From assembly GCA_002104905.1 (NCBI GenBank), contig MCFE01000323.1, positions 30,943 through 94,942 on the forward strand: a DNA stretch of 64,000 bases. The letters are read 5' to 3'. The notes beneath the pieces were generated by a model. The model made no database searches and was not told the origin of the DNA. It was given only the letters and a program-made list of their open reading frames with translations. Positions 37,202 to 49,388 of the stretch are shown here, piece by piece; within the stretch, counting starts at the first letter, position 1, and each line of letters opens with the position of its first letter. The translations under genes and the position numbers were made by a program. Source of the stretch: Basidiobolus meristosporus CBS 931.73 (Eukaryota > Fungi > Basidiobolomycota).

Positions 37202-38260
37202 CAGATCTTTCTCTATCAATCAATGGTTGGTAGACAAATGTACCTGATGGTGTCTACATGTCCAGATAATGCCGTGGCAGTTGGAATAGTCAGTCAATTC
37301 ATGCAATATTATGGATATGATCAACTTGCAGCAGTTAAGTGGGTTTGCAGATATCTGCAAGGTACCATAAATATGGTAATGGAATACTCTGGAGCAGCTA
37401 ATAGGCAAAAATATGATGGTTATAGTGACTCAGATTGGGGTAGGGATCTGATTGACAGATGCTCTACCACAGGCTATGTATTTCTTCATGCTGGTGCAGC
37501 TATTACATGGAGTTGCAAGAAACAACCAACTGTGGCCCTGTCTACAACTGAAACAGAATATATGGCTGCATGTCAAGCAACTGAGGAGGCTATATGGCTT
37601 CAAAAATTATTCAAAGACTTGGGTCTTAATTCAGATGAACCAACAGGTAATAACAAGGATAATCAAAGTTATATTTCATTAGCTAGAAATCCTACTAATC
37701 AAGCCAAAACTAAGCACATTGATATACAGCATCACTCTGATAGGGAATCTGTAGAAAATAACTTAGTAGAGTTAGTGTACTGGCCAACTAACAAAATGGT
37801 GGCAGATATATTGACAAAACCACTAGCTAGGCCACAATTTGAGAATCTCAGGGAGGAATTAGGATTAAGAAATTATTTAGTTGAGGGGGAGTGTTGAAAT
37901 ATTGAACTATTTGGTATCATTCTGCAGCTAAAAGTTAACTTAACAATTCTGGCCTAGTCTTGGTCACTGTAAGACTAATTTACAACTCTAACTTTGCCAC
38001 TTTTTTCAGATTTATGATCTTATGATTATTCCCCTATTGTCAGAATCAAATTAGCACTAATACTAGCTATTATGTAGTTATCCTGAAACTGTTGCAGAAT
38101 GCTCCTGAATAATGGGAAACCCTCCTTACTTAGTGTTACAGCTGTATTACTTCTACAAAGGTATAAATACTGAGCTTCTTTACTAATAAACAACACTTCA
38201 ACTATTATCACTATTTCTTGATAAGTTCCTTATATCCAAATCACTTCTTGAATTGCAGCA
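37202..38260 (+). mobile_element. Ty1/Copia family 2, 3' fragment (RT end, RNase H, PPT, 369-bp LTR 37892-38260)
   Basis: GYSDSDW, KQPTVALSTTETEY, HIDIQHH, VADILTKPL; PPT GAGGGGGAG then TGTTG...GCAGCA. Confidence 0.9.
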
Positions 38261-39696
38261 GATAGAGCAATCACAGTGGCAGATTTGGATACTTATACAG
38301 TGGTGTATTGACACTAACCTGGTCTTATATGATATATATATGAAACTAATCTGATTGTTGAATTTCCATTTATTATACATGATGCATCTCAGATTGCATA
38401 GACATGGATCAGCTCACATCAACTATAGATTTCCTATATGATTATACACTTGTGACTAAAACATCAAAACAATACCAAGTCATTGTTTGTGGATGATTTT
38501 TGCAACATAGTGATGGGATACATGGCAATTGACAGAGAATTAGTCATAGTGCATGGAAAATCAGGTTAATCTAGTTGATTGCACCAGATTGAATCAAATC
38601 ACCTCAGCCCAATCATCTACCAATCTTAATATGACTCACTCATCTGAATAGCCTTTTCTCATCAATCCCAACACTACCACTGGATTTCCATTTGACACAT
38701 TAGAGGAGATCTATACTATGTATTGTGGACCATCTACCCAATCTACTCAATGAGATCACTTGTTAAGCTTCTCTGCTATTACAAGAACTATTGCCCTACA
38801 AGGATTTGTTCCACCATCCATGCCAATAAAAGTCCTAGAAGCTTTCATTCCCAGCTGACTGGAATGGAGAATCACCTTGCAGAGGGTATGAATAACTTAG
38901 AGTAAGCTTAGAATACTAGGCTTAGAAGCTCCAATAGACTTCCATATCCCAGAGTGTTCAGCAACAGGCTCTATAAAAGGAGTATTTGGGATACCTTTGC
39001 AGTCAGGATTAACAGACCTTCTAGAGGGTAGAGGCACTCTTATTCTGGCAAGTACAAGATGCACTGTGTGAGGTTTCAAGCACTGTCTGATATTGAGGGT
39101 AACATCATCTGCTTTAGTGGGTCATTTGCTGGAAGTAGGCATGACAAAGCACTCTGGGTAGAGAATCATCCAGAATTCAATAGAGAGGAGAAATGTATAG
39201 CAGACTTAGCTTGTATATGCCAGGATTTTCAGAGATTAGGATATATTGCAGCTTATAGGAAGCCAAGGAATGGTGTGCCTATCAGGAAGCAGAAGCTCTA
39301 CAATCAGTTATTTAAGCATATGAGAGTGAAGGTAGAGCATACATTTGGATATCAGAAGAGATTCTACTTATTGGCAGGTATATACAGAGGGAAGTCCTTT
39401 ATAGGAGAAACCAGCAGAATAGGTATAATAGTTAGGATACATAACAATGCACAGTACATTCATACAAGGAGATATTTACAGAGAGAAATGTATCTGGGGC
39501 ATTACAAAGAGTAAGTAAAGTAATGAATGCACTACTCTGAGCAACATAGGTAAGATTGAGTAAAATTACCAGTGACTGTATTTTACCACTGGCATTATGG
39601 TAAAATTATGGGGCCAGATGGTGCCATAGAGTGCCAAATTGATATGGCACTCTAAACAGGCTGGCACTCTTTGGCACTATTCAACAGAACAAGTCT
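38261..39696 (+). mobile_element. Pangu copy D continued: intergenic region, transposase pseudogene (38631-39514) and terminal TIR
   Basis: Homology to 2300-3730; ends ...AGAACAAGTCT|ATT. Confidence 0.88.
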
Positions 39697-39773
39697 ATTC
39701 TAAGATAGGTTAAATTCTATAACTAAAATTCATTATATTTGTGTAAGGGAAGTTCAATTGGAGTACTAGAATA

Positions 39774-40010
39774 CCCTATGAAAAGTTATTGTTATGATCC
39801 TGTCAAAAGGCTTTCACAAAGTTAATGCCCCATGACTAAGCAGTACTGATCCCATCCCGACACCTTCCAGTGACTGTTGAAAAAAAATTGCATCCTAGAT
39901 TTCACAAAAATTTAGACAAAACTTTTCTTTACAACAGTGTACAGGTGGCTTTTGATTAGTTCCGTGCTAAGTTGCCCTCTTTTCAATCCCAGACACTCTA
40001 TCAGGATGTT
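39774..40010 (+). repeat. CACTA left end
   Basis: CCCTATGAAAAGTTATTG, plus subterminal sequence matching 44848-45060. Confidence 0.75.
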
Positions 40011-41034
40011 GGTGGTAGGATACAGTTACTGCAAATTTTGCTCAATCCAACTTATATTGCTCGGAATAGTTCTTTTCTTGCTTTGTTTACTCTTGGTGAT
40101 GTTTATGCCACATTTCTGGCAGTGGAGATATTTTTGTATATTGTACTAAGCTCCAATCAATACCTTGACTATTTTACATGTTCTGCTGTTTCTCCTATAT
40201 TTGACTTTCCTCTGCATTTACCAGCCAATATGCTTAATTGCATTAGATAGCTAACCATATACCCTACTCTTACTCTGAAAAAACTACATATCTCCATAAA
40301 CATCTTCTGCTCCCTACAAAGCACACCATTCCTTGGATTCCTACAAGCTGTATCATATCCTAATCTCTGATAATCACCTGCTATTTAAGCTAAGTCCTGT
40401 AAGCAACAATTATGATGAACCAATAAAAAGGCCATCACAAAAGCTGATTCATATGACTGAGTGGCATCAATGCTGATTGGATATTATGCAAAGAATGTTA
40501 AAAAATTGCCCCTCATATTTTGCAAAGAATATGGTCAATATATTTCTTCAGAACAAAATGCACGGGGTATTTTACAGCTTTATGCCACGGTTATAGCATT
40601 TGTTCCTATATATCTTCTTTGTCAGCCATCACAAAAAGGTCTAGCTCTTCATCTGCTACTTATTGCGATAAATCCTGATACTACTGTAGTGTGTTTTCCT
40701 TAGCACTGCTCTTGAAGAAGTACTTCAGCCTGGTGCTGTGCCTGAGGTAGCCCCAAAGTTCCACGCTAAGCACATGATCATCTGCTGAGCTCCTGACATT
40801 GTTGCCTTGCCTGTTAGCAGGAAATACACTGTGTCTACAAAGGAAGGTATGGAGGCTCTGGTAGACAAACTGCCTTTCTCTGCAAACTCATCCACCTTAC
40901 AGGGGTGTAGCTCAACTGGCTGCACTTTCCACTTTTCTGAAATTAGCAGTTGTCTTCTGTGTAATTCTTCTTGACTATTTGGCAATTGAAGCTATTCCTA
41001 GCTTATGGCATCAACTGGTAAGAGCAGCAGCTTC

Positions 41035-41383
41035 TGTTGAAATAATTAGAAATCCACCTAATTATTAATATATTATGGACTAGCACTAAGTTATGCGATG
41101 TGTTTCAGATTATTAACTTGGCAATTAGTTTGTAAGATATTTGCTAATTATTAGGAATCAGAGAAGTACAGAATTTTAGGAAAATTTGAAACTTGTCCAA
41201 AGGAGCTGAAACTTGGCACATGAACCCCTGAGACTCCCCTAACAGCTACCAAATAGCTACATTTACTTAGTTCTGCAATAAGTATGAATACTTTGTTGTA
41301 ACTCAATACAACAACAAGTGAATATCATGTAAATCTTCTAATTCTCCAATTCACTTCCAATATATCTCTCTAATATTTCAACA
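41035..41383 (+). repeat. Solo Copia LTR (349 bp), distantly related to the Copia-1 LTR
   Basis: TGTTG...CAACA with a perfect 5-bp TSD GCTTC at 41030-41034 and 41384-41388. Confidence 0.88.
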
Positions 41384-41420
41384 GCTTCTTTCTTGCATTT
41401 TGCTCTCTCTGGCTTAGGCT

Positions 41421-42160
41421 TGTTGCAATTTAAAAAGTGATTTGGATTTAAGGAACTTATCAAGAATCAGTGATAATAGTTGTGCTATTTTGATTCATAA
41501 AGAGGATCAGTATTTATACCTTTGTGGAAGTATTACAGCTGTAATATTAAGTAAGGAGGGTTTCTTAACACTCAGGAGCATTCTGTAACAGTTTCAGGGT
41601 TAGTAATAATGTTTGGTAAAAAGTGTCAATTTGATCTTGACTATAGAGCAATAATCATTGAGCAATAGATCAGTAGAAGCTGGCAAAGTTAAGGTTGTAA
41701 AATGGTCCTTTAGTGACCAAGACTAGTCTGGAATTTTCAAGTAAGATTTTAGCTCCCAAATGATACCATGAAGTCCAATATTTCAACACTCCCCATCAAC
41801 TAAATAATTTCTGAATCCTAATTCCTCTCTGGAATTCTCAACTCATGGTCTAGCTAGTGGCTTTGTCAATATATCTGCCACCATATTGTCAGTTGGACAG
41901 TAAACTAACTCTACTATGTTATTTTCTACAGCTTCCCTCAAAAAGTGGTGTTGTTATCTATGTGCTTAGTACTGACATGATTAGTAAGATTCCTAGCTAA
42001 TGATACACAACTTTGATTATCTTTGTAAATACATGATGGTTTATCTGAAGTAATGCCTAAGTCTTTGGATAATTTCTGTAGCCATATAGCCTTCTTAGTT
42101 GCTTGGCAAGCAGCTATATATTCAGCTTCAGTTGTAGATAGGGCCATAGTTGGTTGTTTC
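41421..42160 (-). mobile_element. Copia-2 3' fragment (LTR 41421-41788, PPT, RNase H end)
   Basis: Reverse-complement homology to 37520-38260. Confidence 0.88.
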
Positions 42161-42501
42161 TGTTGAAATAATGAACTATTTGATATCATTCAGCAGCTAA
42201 AAACTTACTTAACAATTCTAGACTTGTCTTGGTCACCGTAGGACTTATTTGCAGCCCCAAATTTGCCAGCTTCTTCACATATATGATCTAAGATTAATCC
42301 CCTATAGTGAAGATCAGCTTAACACTTTATCAAACATTATGTACTAACCCTGAAATTGTTATAGAATGCTCCTGAATGTTAAGACCCTCATTACTTATTG
42401 TTACAGCTGTATTACTTCTACAATGGTATAAGTACTGAGCTTCTTTATCAATAAACAATAGTTAAATTATTATCACTCTATCTTGATAAGTTCCTTCTAT
42501 C
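42161..42501 (+). repeat. Copia-2 LTR, plus strand, inserted in the minus-strand Copia-2 RNase H and truncated by LTR-X
   Basis: Starts TGTTGAAATAATGAAC; matches 37892 onward. Confidence 0.85.
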
Positions 42502-42858
42502 TGTTACAAGTCTTGGTATAAGAGTTGTAGAGGAATAAGGAGTTTAGCTAGTATTGTATTCACTAAAACTTAAACTGATCTTTATTGAGGTTCCAGCAGC
42601 TCCTTATATAAATTTTGCAAGATTAATTGCTGACTAATTGTATTTCCTAATGTAGGCAGTGGCTGATGACTCATTTGATTGCAACATCATCACTGAGTAA
42701 GATCCTACTTAATATATCTACTTCTGTCTGATAAGGATCTGTTAATTCATTTGCTGACTAATGCTACTGATTTGATAGATAATACTGATAAACTGATAAC
42801 CTAAACATATAACCAATTGATTTGACTAAAAACTGATCTAACTTACACATTCAAGCAG

Positions 42859-43649
42859 TGTGGTGGGGTAAACATACCTCCCACAGACAAGTTTATTTGT
42901 ATAGTCACTATGATATACTTATCCATATTTTATCTTATCAATATTATCCCATTCTTCTTTTGCCCATATTATCAGTATTTTCCCCACTTGATGTTTACCC
43001 TGATTAGTTATCCCATATGTTATTCACCTTTGCGATCAGTATATGTATCTACATAAGGCAAGTACCCGCGTCAGTACCTGTGGCACATGACCTTGGTCTG
43101 TGTTACCATCCCTATCATTTCAATACCATATATGGTATTTCTATGTTGCACAGGTTTCAGACTACTGATTCCTGATTGGTTGAATGTGCTGTGCCTTTTA
43201 GAATCTTCCAGGACATTCCTAGCATACTTTTAGCTCACAGTGATGTCATCAAGAATTCCACTGATACCTAGAATCTTCTAGAACCTTGTCATTAGTAATC
43301 ACTTGGCAATCAGGAAACGTAATTATGGGAAAGCAATCCCTCATCAATAAATCATCCCTTCTATCAGTTACACTTCTACCTTATTGATTAGCAGTTGATC
43401 ACTGCACCTGCCTTCAACAGTACGCCTCAGACCTGCCATCAAGGAGCTTTTCAGGGTAATGCACAAGACACACAGAGGCCTTTGGAGACATTTGGAGCAC
43501 CTAGGAAGCTAGAGAAGCAGGAGCTTTTACCATAGCAACATATTGACAAAGACACCAGCAGTTTAGACACTGAGGTTATTGCACCCTTCAGACACCTCAC
43601 ACACCTTGAGTTGTGTAGCTTCTCCCAGGAGTACCTCTACACCACCACA
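42859..43649 (+). repeat. Solo LTR (791 bp) of a diverged relative of the Gypsy element
   Basis: TGTGGTGGGG...CACCACCACA; clear homology to the reverse complement of 10380-10700; 4-bp TSD GCAG at 42855-42858 and 43650-43653. Confidence 0.9.
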
Positions 43650-43664
43650 GCAGCAGATCAAAAC

Positions 43665-44847
43665 GGTAATACCCTGTATGACAAAACTAATGCAGTCCAA
43701 CAAATAGTGCAAAGCTATACAGTACCGCACTCAGTATCAATCAAGCACAAACATATCCAATATATTTGATGGCAAGCATTGCAAACAGCTAAGAATTAAG
43801 GGCTACTTTGATGGAATGTATGACCATGCCTTTGCCTTAGCACTTGATGGATTCTCATTAAGCAAGTACTCTACCAGCAAATCCTGCTGGCCACTGATTC
43901 TCATCAATTCAAGTCTGCCTCCTATCTTACGGTGTTAGAACATAAATCTGATGGTAGTCTCACTGGTCTCTGGGCCTAAATCACTGTCCAACCCGGAAAC
44001 CTACCTGTATCCATTGCTGAATGAATTTTGTATGCTCTCAAGCAGGATAACAGGAAATGGCTGGCATGTGAAAGCACAAATTATTATCTGCATTGAAGAT
44101 ACCCCAACCATCAGCAAGATAGTAGGTTTCTCTGGGCACAGTGGAAGGTATTGCTGTCAAATGTGTGAGATCCAGGGGATTTACTCCATAACTCACACAT
44201 ATTATTATTGCCCAAACACCAGCACTAAGAACATCATCAACCCATAGCAAGAATGTACAGATGTTAGCATGCAGTTGTAGCAAAGTTGGCAAGCTATAAA
44301 CCTTCAGTCAGAATATGGAAGCAATTGGAAGCTGATGATGCTTAAGAGAGAGGGAATCTGTTGGAGCAAAAGCTTTCCACTGGGAGCAATGCATTTGCTT
44401 TTCAACAATATCCCTATACTGATGACCAAGTTGTACATGGGGCATTTCAAGCTAAATGAGCCCTTCAAGATATCTGAGAAATTCAAAAGAACTGGCAAGA
44501 TATTACAGAGTATCTGCTACCCTCAGTACTTCTCACAGGCTCCAATTAATATTCATTTGCATTTGCAACAATACAAATGCAAAGACTGGATGAACTGGAT
44601 AAGTTCTTAATATTTAATTATTCAAGTGGTGTTTGGAAGCCATTCCTACCATGATTACATTGGCAGCATTGTGAGTCATATGTGAGCATTGTAGGAATAT
44701 TTATCCAGAAGCAGATCACCAATGCCAACTTGACACATCTACAGCTGTTGTGCAAGGAATTTGTGACGGTAGTTGAGATTTTATACTAAAAACACAAAGC
44801 TGAACATGTAGATTTCTGCTACTACCGTATCCATTCTCCACTCCATC
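43665..44847 (+). pseudogene. CACTA transposase fragment
   Basis: ORFs 43951..44247 and 44335..44610 are homologous to 55113..56216. Confidence 0.85.
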
Positions 44848-47800
44848 CCCTATGAAAAATTATTGAGATGATCCCATCAGAAGGCCATCACAAATTAAAG
44901 TCCCATGACTAAGAGGCACTGATCCAGTCAGGACACTGTCCAGTAATTGTTGAAAAATAATTCTACCCAGAGTTCACAAAAATCTTGGTCAAGTTTTTTA
45001 TCACAACAGTTTATAAGTGGCTTTTGATTGGTTCCCTGCCCACTTGCTCACAATCTGATCCCAGACACTCAATTACCTCCTATGTTTGTGTGCATTGATT
45101 GGCCATTGCCTCTTTTTTGCATTCCTTACTTCCCAACTCAACCCTTTCTCTTACTTTTCATGCATACAAATTGACTTATTTGTATTAAAACTTCAGCTGT
45201 ACCTCAATTGCCAATTGTATTGACCTATACAAGCCCCTATACCCTACACTAACATTAAGCCCAACCCCACACTCAACAAGTAGCTTCATTAAAATCCACC
45301 ACTCAATAAGTATTTCTGCTGTATCACTCAGGTTCTACAACTTTTGCGGGAACCCAATGGCTTTATGCCACTGTTCATTCACTGGTTCCCACATGTCCTG
45401 GTCTTCAACTTGCACTGCAAGGTCTAGCACCTCCTCTGCCAGTCTTTGCAATAAATTCTTGCAATACTCCAGTGCATTTTCTTGAGCACTGTTCTTGAAG
45501 AAGTGCTGCAACCTCTTGGTGTGCCTATTAATGTTCCACAGCTCCACTGGAGGCATTGTGATAGTCTTTCAAGCAATTGACATTGTAGCCTTGTCTGTCA
45601 GTGAGATCTCTACGCTGTCAACAATGGAGAATGTGAAAACTGTGGCAGTTGAATTGCCTTTTTCAGCAAGCTCAGCAATCTTGCTGGAGTGTAGCTCAAC
45701 TGGGTGCACTTCCAACTCTTGTGAAAGCAGCTGTTTTCTTGTTGGTAATTTTTCTTGGCTATGATGGGAATCAGTCTGTTCCAGGCTTGCAGCATGAATT
45801 GGCAAGAACTGCAGTCTTTTTGCTCGCCTCCCTGTCTCAGGCTTGGGTAGACATTTTTCCCTTTACCTGTTCCTTTATCACTGCCAGGTCTTTGACTGAT
45901 GCTTTGTCTGAGTGGTTATTGTAATGAACAACGTTTTTGCCTTGATAAATTCTCTTCTGGCAGATCTACTTTGGCCTGTTTGTCCCTTGCTGGCACTCTT
46001 CTGGCAACCTGACATCTCTTTTCTGCTAGTTTAGAGCTCTCAACCATAATTGTGATGGGTTCCTGTAAAGGCTGCTGGTTTTTATCACTGCCAGGTGCTT
46101 CACTGCTACCTGGACTGGGTGCTTCTTGAGTGGTACTACACTTATTCCTTGATAAATGTTATGCTTGTGCATCCATGTCTGCCTGCTTGTCCCTAATTGG
46201 CACTCTTCCTGCTACCTGACGTCTCTTTGACACTTGTCTGGAGCTTTCAGTCCTGCTTGTAACAGGATCTTGAGGAAGCTGCTGGCTTTTAGCCATGGCA
46301 TCCTTGTTCTTCTGCCTTTGACAGATAGTTTCTCAGCATACCAATGCTAGCCCAAAATCTGTTTGCCTGTTTGAATCCAGAATAATGCTCATGAAACAAG
46401 TCAAGTGTATTCTGCTTGGCCTTGAGTTCCTGATGGTCCCATGGTATACCTGCCTTAAGGTGATGGCATGCTAGACTTCTGACAGCCTCTTGAATATCAG
46501 CCTACTCTTCATTATTGCACTCAACAGCTCAATGGAGCTTCAGTGTCTTTTGTTTTTAAGATTTAGTATAAACACCTCATTGTCTCCCTCCCACACTGTT
46601 ATAGGTTTTTCTGTGGGCTTTATCTTTGGGCACTGTTGTTGTGCTTCAAGGACTGTACAGTATTCCTGTGCAGTTACAATGGGAAATTGCTTAGTTCTTG
46701 GCTGTGACATTGAGCTACTAGAGTTCCTTATTTGCAGTAAAGTACTGCTTTCTCTACCTGGGATATTGAGTGCTCTACATGTGTTACCTGCTAATCCTGT
46801 TCCTGGACTATTTCCTGATTTCTCTGGGCCATTGCATCTATCCTATCAGCTACAGCACCTAATTGCTTCATTAATGCTTTGGTACAAGCTGACAACATAC
46901 TTGCTAATATGGGGGGTGGCAATGTTATGGTGGCCACTTACTGGTCTTGAACTGAGGGCACCACATTTGCTACATTCTCATCTGCCGGCGCATAACAATC
47001 AGCTTGTGGCACTGTAGAGGTTCTCAATTGCCTATCTGACCAAGAGCCTGAGGAGTTGGCATTATTACCTTCAATGGGCACAATGTCCACAGGGCCTTTT
47101 TTGGATGTAGCACTGCTAGTTGCACTGACGGTCAAAGCAAGCTGTTGTCAAAACATTCTTCTGTTGCTGTCAAGAGTGGCGTTTGGTTGGGAACCAGATG
47201 GCTTTGCTTTATTGTTTGGCAGCATTTAGATGGAAGTGTGTCAAACCAATGGGGAAACAGTGTCACAGTACCATGTATGAGCCTGGTCAAATCCCTATAT
47301 GCAATGAAGTAACACTCATTGAAACAAATGCTAAGGATACTTTATGGAGCCAAGTAAGCCAAGTAATCCATTTGCTGGTGAATGATGTGATGTTGTGGTT
47401 AGAGATGTGGCACATTTCCACTAATATCAGTAATGGGAGTTTAAGGATTTATTACTACTTCTGGTCAAAGTCATACTGGGATGCAACTTACCATGTACAT
47501 GGTACAAGTGGACAATCATCATGTGGCTGGCAACATATGATCCAGAGACTGTCCTGATTCCAACATGTGCTAACAGTTGCAGGGCATTCACATCCAAAAA
47601 TGCTACCATTGCAATGTTTCCAAATTAGCAGGAATCTACCACCATTGAGGGAAGCATTGTAGACACTCTAGATGTATTCTGGTCATACCCGTCTGAGGCA
47701 GCTGATGCAGTCCCACAAATATTGCAAAGCTGTACAGTACTGCACTGATTATCAATCAAGTGCATACATATCCAGTATATTTGATGGCAAACAATACTAA

Positions 47801-49388
47801 CAGCTAAGAAGTAAGGGTTACTTTAAAGGTATGTATGGCCATGCCTTAGCCTCAGCACTTGATGGATTCTCATTACACAAGTACTCTACCAGCCAATCCT
47901 GCTGGCCACTGATTCTCATCAATCTGAATCTGCCTCCTATCTTACTGTGTCCAAGCATAATTCTAATGGGAGTCTCACTGTAATCTGGACCTAAATCACT
48001 GTCCAACCTGGACAGCTAGCAGTATCTATTGCTGGATGAATTTTGTATGCTTATGAGCAGGATAACAAAAAATGGGCATCATGTAAAAGCACATATTATT
48101 ATCTGCATTGGAGATACCCCAGCCATCAGTAAGATAGCAGGTTCTTCCATGCACAATAGACAGTATTGTTGGTGTATGTGTGAAATCCAGGGAACTTACT
48201 CCATAACTGACACATATTATTATTGCCCAAACACCAGCACTAAGAACATCATCTTTCAACAGAGAGAACATACAGGAGTCAGCAAGCAATTGCAGCAAAG
48301 TGGGTAAGCTATAAGCAATTGGCTGGAATATGGAATCAATTGAAACCAAGATACTCAAGATAGAGGGTATCTGTTGGAGCAAAAGCTTTCCACTGGGAGC
48401 AATGCATTTGCTTTTCAACAATATCCCTATACTGATGACCAAGTTGTAGATGGGCCATTTCAAGCTAAATGAGCCCTTTGGGATACTGGAGAAATTTAGA
48501 AGAATTGGCAAGATATTACAGAGTATCTACCACCCTAAGTACTTCTCACAGGCTTCAATTAATATTTATATGCATATGCAACAATATAAATGCAAAGACT
48601 GGATGAACTGGATAAGTATTTATTCAAGTAGCATTCTGAAGCCATTCCTACCAAGAGTACATTGGAAGCATTGGGAGTCATTTGTGGACATTGTAGGAAT
48701 ATCTATCCAGAAGCAGATCACCAATGCCAACTTGACACATTTACAGCTGTTGTGCAAGGAATTTTTGATGATGATTGAGCGGCTATACTACAAACATAAA
48801 GCTGAGCATGTAGATCTCTGCTGCTACTGTATCCATTGCCTACTCCATCTTGCACAGTGTGTGGAGAATATTGGGCTTTGCTTCACCTTTTGGGAGTTTC
48901 CTATGGAGCAGATGTGTGTGGAGATATGAAGATGAGTTGAGTTGCAGGTACTACCATATTCCAATCTCATCAAATATATTACCTCTAAGTCCTTCATGGA
49001 TGTGATGAGTTGGCACATGGAGGACAGCCAGGAAGAGTTGGAAGATACTGAGGACAAATGCGCACAAGGGGACACCTTTGCCTATAGCATTAAGAAGCTA
49101 AGCAGCCCTAATGTGTGGATAATCAGTTGAGTAGTGCAAAGTTAGTTTGGGTGCAACAAGCAACTACTTTTTAATAGGAAAACTCTAATAAGATATGCCA
49201 CATTTCTCTTGGTCACCAGCCAACTTCTACACCATTCAATGTGGAATTCACACAAACAACAGCCAGTGTGCACCTATAAGGGGGACTAGAATCCCATAGG
49301 GAGAAGGAATATATTGGCTAAATACCAAGAAGTTCTTTGTGGATATTTAGGAGGTATTGATGACAAAAGTGGCAACAACCAAGCATAT
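44848..49388 (+). mobile_element. CACTA copy 2: left end, ORF2 pseudogene (about 45335-47200, minus), transposase pseudogene (about 47270-49388; 5' part deleted), cut by Pangu-E
   Basis: Starts CCCTATGAAAAATTATTG inside another transposase copy; collinear with copy 3. Confidence 0.85.

Noticed and set aside
37031-37897. 288-aa ORF that seems to be a fusion gene
   Set aside because: The first ~57 codons are antisense Pangu ORF2 joined by deletion to a Copia RT/RNase H fragment; no sign of function.
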